From the NCBI RefSeq assembly GCF_964355755.1, contig NC_092679.1:7718201-7782200 (forward strand): a DNA stretch of 64,000 nucleotides. Direction: 5' to 3'. Made by a program: the position numbers and the translations under genes. Positions 13,496 to 26,788 of the stretch are shown piece by piece; positions within the stretch are counted from its first letter, which is position 1; every line of letters starts with the position of its first letter. The stretch comes from Antedon mediterranea. Its lineage: Eukaryota; Animalia; Echinodermata. The notes under the pieces are model-generated. The model was not told the DNA's origin. It saw only the letters and a program-made list of their open reading frames with translations, and did not search any database.

Positions 13496-14562
13496 TACGT
13501 ATAAATTACACTATATTTTATTACGTATATGGCTAGGCACAGTTGATTAGATTTATTTTGTTATTTAACTAGGCCTAGGCCTACTACCACTGCACTAGCT
13601 AGGCCTAACTAAGGGCGGCCCTATCTAGTAGTAGGCCTAGGCCTAGGCCTAGTTCTAGTAGTAGTAGTAGTGGAAGCCTAGGAGCCTATTACTATTATTA
13701 GTATTAGCCTAGGGCAAGTTAGCTAGGCAGGGCCAGGAGGCGACGTTTAGGTAGGTAGGATACGTAGTAGAAGTAGGCTAGTACGTACTAGGCCGGCAAT
13801 GTCAATGACTAGCTAGCCTATCCAACTACACGTTAGAATAGTAGGGCTGGCTAGAATGTAACTAGAGAATAGGGATTTATTTGTAGATTCAAGATTATTA
13901 AATTTAATTCTTAATAATTTTATTTAATTGACTCTACTACTAGCTAGGGCCTACTACTATATTAATATTTTCTTTATTAATAAGTCTTTACTTTATTTAA
14001 ATCCAAGAAATGTTTGTAGTAATAGTATGTTCTTGTTGTCTCGTGTCCGTATTGTTATTTGTATTCCATTCTGTAATTGGCAAGCTCCAATTTTGAAATG
14101 CTCAAAATGACCTGAAATTTACGCGAAATTGAATAGAAATAAATTTTGCGCATTTTGAAATTTCAAATATGCATACTCGCATAAGTTTTTGTGTAGCATA
14201 TCATTCTTATGTCAAAAGTTGCTCCATATTATGAAATACACTTTCGTAAGGTTTCATTGAAAAATAATGTTTTGCTCAGATTTATGGGCAACCATAAAAT
14301 CGCACGTAACTTACGCTGCGTCATATAACAAAGTTTCTTGCACATCTACAGTTAGAGGTCAATCTTCTGACCAAGTTATACAATCTCATGTTGACAAGCA
14401 TTAGAGATACTGTACACTGCGGAAAGAATTCATGGAAAGAAAGAAGAATAAAAAAAGATCCTGACAATAACAAGGAGTTATCCACCAAGTGCAAATAACC
14501 AATAATATATTATAAAGCATCTCATATATTAATTTGCAAGCTTCTTATTACAGAAACCATTG

Positions 14563-17500
14563 ATGCATAACGATTTATTTGATGCTGAGTATAGCAGTTC
14601 AGAAGATGAGACTGACAAGCAGCAGGAATCCAACGAAAATGACACCTGGAGTCTTCCAAAAGATGGCACCAAAAAAGATGTTAATGCACCAGACAACTTG
14701 GAAGACAAGAACCAAAAAGATGCGAACAGTAAAATTGATAATAAAAGAAAAGAGCAAGATGAGAATGTAGACGAGCATGTGCATGAAGAAAAGATGAGAA
14801 GTGACGTAGAGGATGAGAAAGCTGAAATTGACAGGGAAAATGGACAGACTGGAAGTGATGGAGAAGATGAAAAAGCTGGAAGTGATGGAGAAGATGAAAA
14901 AGCTGGAAGTGATGGAGAAGATGAAAAAGTTGGAAGTGATGGAGAAGTTAAAAATGTGGAAAGCGAAGGAGAATATGAAAAAGGTGACAGCGACAAAGAA
15001 GACGAAAAGTCAGCAAGTGATGATGAAGAAATGGCTAAACCAATGCCGATGGAGCGTGCAAAAAGTAAAAAACAAAAGGTATAAACCAAACATAATAATT
15101 TAGACACAAATTTTTTCGTTTCGTTGTCCCATGACCTAGGTGGTTGTAAGGGGTGTAGCAGACAAGATACAGTAGTACTCATCATGATACGACACTCGGG
15201 CATACGCCATATCTCCCAGCGGTGCCTATCTCATCTCTGGGCTGCCAGGGGTATTTCCTGGATGGCCGTCGTTAGTTCTCCTTAACCGACGCTCTTGTGG
15301 GTGTTCAACCACCGTCCACTCCTAAAGGAGTTGATATGGTTACCTGTTTGTTTGCCGGTGGGTGGCTGTGTGTGAACTAGTACACTGGGGTAACCCTTAC
15401 TCGTCTCAAAAGATGTACTAGGTTCTTCTAAAGTGCACATGAGCTACAGTATGTGTACACTGGACCTACGGTTTATAGTCTTTATCCGAGAAGACTTGTT
15501 CTACCACCAGAACCATGGAGCGAGTGAGCCTCGAACCATTGCCGATGTTATGGCTACGTAATTACAGTTCCACAGTCTTAACCACTCTGCCACTCACTCG
15601 CTAGAATGGCCTAGCAACTTTTAAAACTAAGTACTTGTTTGGTAGAGTTTTTTTACCATTTTTTTCCATAAACAGTATTAAAATAATTTCTTAATTATAG
15701 GCAAATGAAAGGCAGAAGCTATCACGCCAAGTAAAGCAACAGGCTATAGAGCAAATTCACAGTGAAAGTCAACGCATCATTCGAGGTTTGTGTCTATCAC
15801 CATTTGTTTACTCCACTGATCTGTTTTACTTACTTAACTGATCCAGCGGGTATAATTGGTTAACTTATGATTACTGTATAAACTCATTAGTTATGTTCAG
15901 ATAGCCTGTCTGAGGTAAAGTTATGTCAAATAGGAAATTATATGCTTGAGTTATTTCATTTTTGAACTAAAAAAGAAATGTATGTATATTTTTTGTGGTT
16001 TTGTTTATAGAATCCAAGCTTTCAATACCATACCATAAACCAAAGCCGTTATCTCTCAACGAGTTCTTTAGTAAAAAGCCAAAACTGGATCAGATAAAAG
16101 CACCAAAAGCAGTGAGCAGGTTAGGTTTCTAAATTGTGACCAAATCAGAGTCATCATTCTTTCTTTTTACCTTGTTTATTCTCATCAAAAAAGTCTACCG
16201 AAAAATTGTAATGAAAATTTACTTTTGGTTAATAGTCTTCTTCCAGCTTTAACAAGTTAATTATTTTCTGTAATGTGTTTTCCATGTTTATCTTTAATTT
16301 ATTAGTAGGTAAGGAAATTGTAAATCTTTTTTTTTTTCAGAATCTTACAATGCAACAGAAAGGACACACCCATGCCAGCAACGAATAGAAGCAAAAGCTC
16401 GCTATATTACAGAATGAGACAGACCAGTGGAAACATGCATGAATGGACTAGCAATAAATTGGAAACTAAAAATTCAGAAATTCATAGCAAAGAAGAAGTT
16501 GATGTTGATATTAGAGATGAAGACAAACTTGTTTTACGTTTAGACTCACTCTCAGATGATGAAGACATGGATAAGAACCTTCCAGAAGTAGACTTTGGAA
16601 AAACCACAGAAACAAATGTTAATAAAGAAGAAAATGTGAAAGACAGTCAAAAACATAATATTGATGGGTTAACCAGTCACAAAATTGACATTGGGGACAC
16701 TGACCAATGTGATAAATTACCAGAAAATAGTGATAAAAAAGAGTTCCCATTGCAACCAGAGTCTCAAGATTGGAGTTTAAGACTTGATATACAGACCCTC
16801 CATGACACCTTGATGCCAGATTCGGATTCAGAGATAGAAACAGTCGCAGAAAATGGACCTCTGTCATCAAAAATCAAATATGAATCGGTACCCAAGGGTT
16901 CTGTGCAAAATGCTTCCATGGATATTGAACAAGCAATTTCTAAATATAAAGATGATTGTGACAATGATATTTCTGATGTTATGTTTACACCAGAAAGTAA
17001 AACATTGCAAATATCTCCATCCACAAGCAACAAAAAACATCTGCTTGAAAAATTAAAATGGAACGACACATTGGTACCTAAGCTGGGTGGTAATGAAGAT
17101 GGAGTCATAAGGTTTGATAGTAATGACGAACACTCAAGTACTGGGGTTATTACACTCATGGAAAGATTTGTTAAGCACTCTACAAAGAAAACTATTAAGA
17201 GAAAAAGTCATGTCCAACTTGAGTAAGTGCTTACATCTTTAAATTATTTTAAGTTGTTAATTTTTAAACAGTAAAAACTCTTCAGTTTAATCAATTGATT
17301 TGTACATTTTTGCAGATAATTTTTTATTTGAAAAAAAAGCCTACTGTATCGGTTTTGTTCTAGACTAGGTTCTAGCCCATAATTATTAAATATAAATATT
17401 TTGGCACATGGCATTTCAAACGTATAAATAGACAAAAATCGAAATGTCGACTGGTGGACTACAGTAACAAAAAAGACAATAACTACAGACTTGGGGCAAG

Positions 17501-20500
17501 TATAGTTTTTTCCTACAACAAAAACTGCATTCACAAAGTATAGGACAAGAGGCCAACTTATTTCTTAAGGGTCATACAACATAAATAACAGACATCAATT
17601 TTTTGAATACAAATTGAACAGCATTTCATGGGTTTTCATCATTAGTTTATTTAAACTCTTTTATTAATTTCATTATTTTAAAATTCATCTTTATTTATAA
17701 TATGTGTTTCAGAGTTGTAAAAAAGGAAGTTAATTCTGAAGGCAAAGAAGAGTTAATTCATGAGGTGGTACCAGTGACATTAGGAGAAGATGAGCAACAA
17801 GACCCAAAACTGGAAACCCCAGGTAGGTGACACCATCCTTCATACTCCCTTTCAAAACGCAATCACCATTATCCTTTAGTGTTGGTTGAATTTGCTAGAA
17901 CGCTATTAAATCATAGACAATACAAATAAACTAGAAGCTTTAGAAGACTTTATTGATTGTTTATTTTTTCTTTCTCCTGTTGTGCAAGTTTTCTTATAAT
18001 TTTTTTGTGTATTTTATGTATAGGCTATGACTTTCCCCACTAAGGACGAATAAGATTTTATATATTATTATCGGGTTAAATTTTATCTTAGCTTGCAGTA
18101 TTTTTGTTTACTTGTGTATATTTTTTAGGTGCAAAACTACAGAAACTAAAAGAAAACCTGCAAGTGAAAATGAAAGCGCAACGTGAAGTAGAAAGGCAGC
18201 GTAGGATACAAGCATATAAGATGGACAATGAGGAAGGTTATGAAGAAGGAGAAAATCAGGAGGATGAGTTAGAGTTTAACAACGACAAGGAAGAAGAGGC
18301 AGAAATAACAGATGGCAGTGAAACTGATGGAGATTATGTACCAGGGCAGGAAGAAGATGATGATGATGGAGAGGACGAGGATGAAGAAAAGGTTTGTATT
18401 ATTCTATATCAATTATCATTTATATTATAAAGGTCCTAAAATATATAATCTAAATAAATATTGAGTTCAAAACATAATAAAACTAGATTAAATTAAAAAT
18501 GACTACTTATTCGGTTTGAAAATACTGACAAATTTCTCAATAATATAAAACACATTACAATTCCAGATCAAGAAAAATACATTTTTAGATGGAGAAGCAA
18601 TAGATGAGGATGAGGAGGAACTTCCCTCAGTTGAATTCAACGCTAAAGCATTGGTTGTTGACTCAATGAAAGATGACAGCAATGATGAGTTTGTGTTCAA
18701 GTCAAGGAAGAAGAAAAAGAAAATGATTGTTGACGATGATGATGATGATGACGAAGATAATGACAACAAATGCGATGAAACACATGATAGTTCCAAAAAT
18801 GAAAGCGGTATGTAATACGCAATCATTTCCTGTAATTTCAAACGTCTGCTATATTATTTGTATTTTATGTTATTATTTTTAAATGATTTTGACACACAAA
18901 ACAATATCAAGAAAATAGGAAGATACTGTTTTACACAGCTCTAAACTTTAGTTTAAGGCTTCCCATTTGGTACCCATCTATCCTAAAGCCTAGTCAACTT
19001 AAACTAGTCTACACTAGCAAACTTAACTTAAGCTCAAGTTTCCAAACAATCTCATCACCTTTTGACCATACTGTTACCATACTTATGTTTTAATTGTGAT
19101 TCAAGTCATTTTTAATTAAAAAAATGTTACTTTGTACAGGATTTGATTTGAAGTTAAACCAGCATGATGAAACATCAACGTTTTCATCGTCATCTGTAAA
19201 GTCCTTGTTTAAGAACAAACCTATGCGGTACTCAACAATTTCAGATGGTAAAACCATGGACTTATTTGATTCTAGTACCAATACTACAGATCCTAGTGTT
19301 GATGCTGCTAATTCCAGTGTTAGTGATGGACTTAATAGTTCAACAGGTGCATTTAGCTTGACTCCTATCAAGGAAAAGAAAGGTGATTACATTATTATTT
19401 TTAGCTGTAGTAAGGATATTGATGACTGTGCTTAAGTATGGATAGTGTTTGAGATGGTCTAAGATGACCAGAAGCCTGTGTTTTTGTCTGTTTTGATTAA
19501 ATGTGCTTTTGTTATTTTTATCAACTCCAGGTTTGATCAGACACAAGTCAACAGACTTTGCCAACACCCCAGATGATAGCGATGATGATTTAGAAAATAA
19601 GAGCGAGAGTGATCACATTAAGTCTGCCCAGCCTTTGGGTCTAAGTAGTAGCTTTGAACACTGTACTGCTATACCTCCATATCAGCAACAAATTAGCTGC
19701 GAATCTTCTTCTAATATCCCCTCCGCTCAACTTTCAGCTAAAAGACAACAAAGAAATGATGTAAGTCAGATTTGTATATTACATACCATCATAGCATTAC
19801 CATCATTGCATTCATTAATACAGTTGACTCTCCAAAATACTGGATATCTTGGTCAAAAAATAATTTCTGGAAAAAAAGATTAGGTTAGCCCATTTCTAGT
19901 ATTGGGAGAGTTGATTGTTGTTTTTAAATAGAAGCGGAGAGCAGATAACTTGTGCTTTTGATTGTATTTTTCGATATTTTGTTCTCATTTTGGTTGCAGG
20001 TGGTGTCTAAGATTGGTGAGTTAACGCTCCCAATAGAAGATTCACAAGACTTGTTTCAGCAAGATTTCTCATATCCTCAAAGTCTGTCATCAGCAGAGAT
20101 TGGTGGTGACACACAGAATCTACATTTGTCATTTGAAGAGAGCACTCAAACGCAGTTTCTTGATGAAAATGGGTACGTTTTTTTTTCATTAGTTTGTACA
20201 CCTTCACCTGCATAATAATTTATTTAAAGGTGTGTTGATTTGTAAGTGTACGCTGCATAAGAAAACTTGATATAGGCTTAGGTTTCTACTAACGTATGAT
20301 ACACAGAAGCTCAAAGTTCCTTCTAATAACAATATCGTTTTCTGTTTCCTCTACTTGTTGCTGTAATTATTGAATTGAAGCCATAATAATATTTAATACA
20401 CTAATGAAGGAAAGAGAATATAATATCTCCTGACACCCAAAGAATTGTGGACACAGTAACATAAATTTGTTTTGTTGTAGCTTCTTGAAAGTTAAAACCT

Positions 20501-23500
20501 CTAAGAGTCAGCCATCATTAACAACTACCGAACCTAATGATGACGATGGGGATATGGATGAATTACTTGGCCTTTGCTCCGGTCAATTCACAGCAAGTAA
20601 GAAATCCCTTTTCTGTTTCTTATCGTATTAAATGTATATGATATATGGCAATCTTAGTATTGGTCATCTAGTGTATAGGATAGCAAATGTATAATGATGA
20701 TAATCTAAAAATCGTAAAGTTACAATCATATTAATATAGATATTATTTTTGCAGCTGCTCAGCCTAGTAAACCTAAGAAAGGTGCGTTTTCGCAGCTTAG
20801 TAAACATGGTTCTGGTACGCAAGACATGGATGAGCTTCTGCAGCTTTGTTCAGGAACATTCACGGGGTAAGATCACGCATTCACACGTTCACTGATGTGC
20901 TTAGTTCATGCTTAGTTAAATGCTGAGGTAAATCCTGGTATGAACTTGAAACCAGTACCTTTGAATTAGTAAGCAAGTTTATTAACCACCAAGCCACAGT
21001 GCCGCTTTTAAAAACACTGAAGACAAAGTAGAGGATGTTTACGATAACCAATAATTGTTTCTAAAATTTGTATAAATTATGTTATACTATTTGGTGTATG
21101 TCATAGTTATTTATTTTATTTCAGTAAAAATAAACATAAAGAAACTGAAGATGATCTAAGTGAGTCTTCCTTCCAAATTTTGTCTGATAATGAGAGTATT
21201 AAGGGTAAAGAAGCCGAGGATGGGTTTAGTGATAATGAAGAAAAACAAAAGGAAGATGATGATGAGAATGAAGAAGAAGAGGAATTAAATGAAGAAGATG
21301 AAATTGAAAGACCAGCACATCCTAAAAAGTAAGGCCGCAATAAATTAGAATTAAGAATCATGTTATTATGCTCACTTGTAATTGAATACTATTTTAATAG
21401 TTACCAAGCGTCTCGGGACGGTCCAGCATTTCAAAGTGATTTTGAATGAAACACGCAATTAGCAGAAAAAACACATATTTGTCACGCATTTAGCAGAAGT
21501 ATATGCATGATCAATTTTTATCACTCGATTTGGTGTCCAAATCGAGTGATTCTACTGTCGTAACAAACCTTTTTTATTCACAGATTTTCTAAGACTAACT
21601 TTATTGAAGAAGAAGCAGAATTATCAGGTAGTGAGTTTGGAAGTGATGAAGAGTATGACGCGGAAGAGTTTGGTGACTTGATGGTGGACCAAATGTTGAA
21701 CGAAGAAGTTGGAGATGAAAATGAGATACATAACAAAATACAGAAAATGCACATGTAAGTATAAAAGTGTCAAGTTTCTATATTATCAATAAGTAATTTA
21801 TATAAAAAATATTTGTTTACCCAATCCATCCATCATGAGTATATTTAAAAAAAACAGTAATATATTGCTTTTAATTCTTTCAATTTGATTTTAGTGTCTT
21901 TCCTTCCAATCTTATAGGGAATTGTTACAACATGGAACTACCCAACATTTCTTTGATAATTACTTTGTACTCTTTTAGGATCCTTTATTAGGTGAATTGC
22001 CTGTAGTTGTTTAAGAATATAGTATTTGGAAATAATGGAAGTCAAAGGTTACTTTTTTATTGTTTTGCTATAGGAAGCTTACAGACGATGAGGATGCCAG
22101 AAGGTTACGTCTTTATAAAGAAGCGTTTCTGACGGACGGTGACTTGCATGACGGCACAAAGGGAAGAACAAGACAATTCAAATGGCGAAATGTTGGTATG
22201 TCTTCTAAAAAAGTTAATAAATTAATTGTATAAAAATGTTGCTGCCTGGTAATTATATACTTTTTTAAATTGTTACTTTGTTTCAGAATAAATAAAATGC
22301 TTATAAAACTAAGTTGAGGCTTGGGGAATGTTACAACTCTGGAACTAGGTCAGATTTGAACCTAGGACCTGGGGTTTGGAAGGCAAGCACCAAGCTACAG
22401 CTCTGTATTGCTAACTGTACTGTAGTTTGTATTAATTTTTGCACTTTCCATCTTTCAGATGATGACTCCTGGGCGTCTGGTATGAACAAGAATTCTGATG
22501 ACGAAGCTGAAGATGATGAGAATGAAAATGAAATTGAATGGAGAAAACAGAGACATGAAAGGGAACAATGCCTTAAAGACCAGGATGTGAGAAAATGTTC
22601 TTAGTTGTTGTGTCAACTTCTAAGTCTACACTATCAAATATGGTAGTGATATGACATCATCATGTTCATGGGCACATCACATTTTTTTTTACATAAAGTT
22701 GGTTGGTTGGTTTTAGATTGCAGAGGGTATTTTTAGAAATTTGCATCATTATTACAATTTTTTTAATTTGCAGAAGGAAACAAGAACTGAAGATGATGAT
22801 AATGATGATGATTGCATAGATTTAGACGGGAACAGTCAATTTGATAAATTTATCAAGAAAGTCTCCATGAACAAGCGGAAGAAAAGTAAGATAAGATCAA
22901 GTTTGATCAAATTTCAAACAAAAACATGTAGTATATTGTCTTAGTGTTTTAAGAAGGCTTATGAAAGTAACAACCACCTCATGACACAACACTGGTGCAG
23001 ATCCTGAGGGATGGGGGACACGTCACTTCTAAATCTGTGATGGCAATCCTATAAAATGTGTTTAAAGCAGTAACTTTGTACTTTTTTTCTTCTAAAAATT
23101 GACCTGTGCCCTTGCTCATGTACTATGAATACTTTTTATCTTACAGGTACTACAACTATACCAGTCGTCTCAAAAGAACCTACTACACACAAGTCTCCAA
23201 GTAAACCAACAAGACCATGGGTAAGGACATTTTGATTAAAGCAATGCCGTAAAATTATGAGTAAAGTATAAGAGTAAAGCCATGATGTACCATGAAATGG
23301 TGGTTGACATTCTTGCTACCAATCCCAGTGCCTTTGGTTCAATTTTAGGATTTTTCACCGACACTACCTAAGCCAAGTCTTTCTGTAATTTGCAATTCAT
23401 GGATAAAGTATTTTTTTCAAATATTCATATTCACTTTTCCCCCCCAGTTTAAGCATGGATCTTTCTTGAACAGAGGAAAAAATGATCTGGACCGAATCAG

Positions 23501-24048
23501 CAATATGTTTAAACCTCTGAGCAATCCCAACCGGCCGAGAAATCGCAACTTTGTCTTCCAGTCATTGTCATCTGATAAAACAGAAGAAACAAAGACTACA
23601 TCCTCTCAGGTATATATTATTTTTCTCCATCAGTCTTTCACATCTGCTCCAGTCTGGCGCCGGCAAATAAAATCCCCTCTTAATGTTTTCACAATGCTCT
23701 GTGCCAATCTTTAGGTATGTGTGAAGCCACAAAAAGTTGCTAATGCTGTACGAGAAATCTGAAGCGAACCTGATCCGTGAAAGACCCTTAAATGTATAAT
23801 GTCCTGTTCCATCTTTGTGACAATCACCAAATCAAATAGTACTGCCACCATCCTATAATTGGCAAAGTCATGTATTTCCGCTTGGATATTGTGAATTAAA
23901 TTTTGTTTAAATTATTATTTTTATTAAATTTGTTCTGTAGATAAAACGGCCACTGGACAAAATGACACCAAACTTACCAAGGAACAAGAAAGCAAAACTT
24001 AGTATATCCCAACCTAAACAAGCAAAGAGCATCTTCCAACATCTCTAA
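14563..24048 (+). CDS. CLSPN: Claspin, about 20 exons (approx. 14554-15078, 15701-15785, 16011-16119, 16341-17222, 17713-17823, 18129-18391, 18589-18807, 19140-19382, 19531-19760, 20000-20172, 20481-20596, 20755-20866, 21125-21328, 21584-21754, 22074-22195, 22459-22586, 22774-22885, 23147-23220, 23448-23609, 23941-24048); start codon uncertain
   Basis: IHSESQRIIRES..PYH, GAKLQKLKENLQ..REVERQRR..DNEEG, LPIEDSQDLF, two Chk1-binding repeats ELLGLCSGQF and ELLQLCSGTF, FIEEEAELSGS, C-terminal SIFQHL*. Confidence 0.92.
14851..14950 (+). repeat. Coding 27-nt tandem repeat in CLSPN, (GSDGEDEKA)n, about 3.5 copies
   Basis: GGAAGTGATGGAGAAGATGAAAAAGCT repeated in frame. Confidence 0.9.
15111..15603 (-). 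mobile_element. tRNA-derived SINE with Deu/Nin-like central domain, in a CLSPN intron
   Basis: Minus strand: A box TGGCAGAGTGG, B box GGTTCGAGGC, core CTCGGATAAAAGACTATAAACCGTAGGTCC...GAAGAACC, A-rich tail. Confidence 0.8.
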
Positions 24049-24638
24049 CCTCAATTTAAATAAAGCCTTGTAGATGCTATCAAACTTTATAGCCATATAT
24101 CCATGCATCCATATATGGACATGATGATGTCATATCACTACTATATTTGGGCACATCACACTAGTTTGATAGTGTAGACAGACTTCTAAAATAAAAATGG
24201 TATATTTTGGAAAGAGTTTTTTTTCATCATTTAAAAGTATTACATTAATATTCAAAAGAATGAAATCTCTACAGCCACAATGAAACCAAACAAAATAATC
24301 ATCTTACAATAAGTAAATTTCAAATTGATAAGTTTATTCAAGATTCCTGAAAGTTGTACAATTTAGCAAAAGAAAATAAAAAATAAATTCTACTTTCTAC
24401 ATTCATGATCTAATGAGAGATTCCATTTATGAAAACATTCATTTTACATTGTCATAAAAACACATTTATTTAATACTACAGTACTGTTTAACATTAAGAT
24501 TATAACAAAAGAAATGTACTCATACTAATAATTAAAATGTATTTTGGATGAAGAATTCGGCATTTAAAAAATGTTTTTGACAACAGATAAATTTGCTGTC
24601 ATCTTAGAAGTCTGCTAGTTCTCTTGTCTGGTTTGCAG

Positions 24639-26321
24639 TCATAGAACTCGTGGCCTCTTTGCTGGTTGATCACTGGATTCATTTTCTGTAAAAAAACAAG
24701 CATATCATAGCTTATTGATTTTTATGAAGCTGTTTTTTAAGTTTAAAAATCCTTCACAGTTGATTTTCTTAAAAATAATTTAAAAGAATTACCTAATGGT
24801 ATCCCCTGTGTAAACACATCTCGTGGCATCTTGAACATCACACACATCATCTCCTTATTTGGTGATACATCCCGCACATCAATCACAACTGCCGAATCAA
24901 CTTTGTGCTTGAGTATTGCGGACGTTCTCTGCAACACGTCCATGCCAGCATTCATCTCTTTCGAAAAGCAATGACAGTGAACGGTTGGCAACGGTATTCG
25001 ACGCTGAACCTCATCGGATACATCGCTAAACAGTCCTCTGTACGTGTCCAAGAATTCAAGAGCTAACGAGGGAAGGTTCATAACGATGTGGACATCACGT
25101 TCTCGTTCATACTCTGGCTTTGCGCTAGTTGCCATAGCAATAAGTTCATCTTTAACGATTGTGCGAATGAATTCTCTTCCATCCATATTGAACGTATTCA
25201 AACGTTTTTCTACTTTGTTTAATTTACGATTATGAGCCAGCCATTTATATGATTCTGGATTTAAATCATTGGCAAAAATAATTCCACCTTTTCTAGCCAT
25301 TGGTATAGCAAAAGGTCCAACACCTGCGAAAATGTCAAATACAATGTCACCGCGATTGATGATTGCAGTAATACGGGCATGCTCAGTAGAAAGGCGAGGG
25401 TTCCAATAAACTTTGGAGAAATCGAACTCAAAAGAACAGTGATGTTCTTTGACAGAAGCCACCATGTTTGATTCACCGGCAAGAATCTCCATTTTAAAGA
25501 AACGGAATTCGTTGTTGATCTCGCTTGTTTTATTTACAACAGTTTTTATTCCTGGAGTTTTATCAATGAGAACTTGACCTGTGGGTAAAAAAAATAGAAA
25601 AGGTTAAATTATAAAATAAACCTTTCAGTAAGACTAATTGAATTGCTGTTTTTATTTTGTTCATTTTTATTTAAGTATCCATAGTACCACAGGAAGAGAT
25701 CTCACCTATGATGTGTTTGTATTCATCATGTTCAGGTCTCAAATTCATGTGTGCAATATGACCTATTCTACTGTAACTACTCGCCACAACCACGTCGTCC
25801 GGTAAAATCGCTTTGACAATTTCATCATACGTCCAGTTCCAATATGTTAACTCCAGTTCATACTCGTAAATCTTTTCTTCAACTTGATGGTCAGTCATAA
25901 ATTTTCGTTCTTCAGTGGTCATACAGTCCAATTTGTTTATCTTTTCTGGGTCAAGCATCACAAATTTGTATTCATCATCGTCTGGGATGTCTCTGATTGC
26001 GCTAAGCTGTTTCCGGTAGAATTTTCGCTGTTTGTATGTCTTCATACACTGTTGAATAAGTTTCTTGTTGACCTTTATGGATGGCACATTAACAATTTTG
26101 TTAAATGCATCTCGATTTAAATCGGTCATGCCCGTGAGATTGGTTGCTGTTAAAGTGCAGGAAGTCGTCAAATTCTTCTTTGAATATGCCATCGTTATCT
26201 TTTTGTTAGGACAACTAATTTGCAAGCAATCAAATTTTTTTGTTTGATTTAAAATCTTGGTTTTTAATGACTGATTACCATAGTACCAACTTCGATTAGT
26301 TATCGACCGTATCAAAATCAT
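24639..26321 (-). CDS. TRMT5: tRNA (guanine37-N1)-methyltransferase TRM5. Exons 26321-25706, 25578-24793, 24685-24639
   Basis: SYSRIGHIAHMNLR, FDFSKVYWNPRLSTEH, SAM motif DIFAGVGPFAIP, ANDLNP, HIVMNLP, VRDVSPNKEM; exon phases are compatible. Confidence 0.95.
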
Positions 26322-26384
26322 TTATCTTAAAATACCTAAAACAAAAATAAATGCATTATTATATATTTTCCATGGATTAAATAT

Positions 26385-26788
26385 ACCTCTGTTATTGTCT
26401 ATAAATATGTTAATTACAGGTACGTATATTATATAGTGCTGTATAACTGCCAAAAAATATACGTGTAATAACAAAAGAAATAGCTAGGCCTTTTATGCTT
26501 GATCACCTAAACTTTTGATGTGTGGTGAACCACCCACATGTCCACATTACACCCCACAAGCACTGCACTGGCTGTTACCAACTAGCTAGGCATAATAACA
26601 CTCAACAGCCTCAGTCAGGCCTACTAAGTACTAGTAGGCCTAGCTTAGTAGGCCTATCTATATGCTTTCAAAAACAATGCTTTATTTCAAGACAATACTT
26701 TTTCAATTCAAGATTAAATAATGAATAAAGTGATGCACCTTTATAAACCTCTGTTATTGTCTATAAATATGTTAATTACAGGTACGTA
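26385..26788. repeat. Identical 42-bp direct repeat pair (26385-26426 and 26747-26788) upstream of the TRMT5 ATG
   Basis: ACCTCTGTTATTGTCTATAAATATGTTAATTACAGGTACGTA occurs twice. Confidence 0.9.

Noticed and set aside
14529-15203. 224-aa minus-strand ORF
   Set aside because: Antisense shadow of the low-complexity acidic CLSPN exon
15515-15603. tRNA gene
   Set aside because: A and B boxes continue into a SINE body and tail; it is a SINE head
20593-20598. Non-canonical GC donor in CLSPN
   Set aside because: The GT donor at 20597 gives the phase required by the next exon
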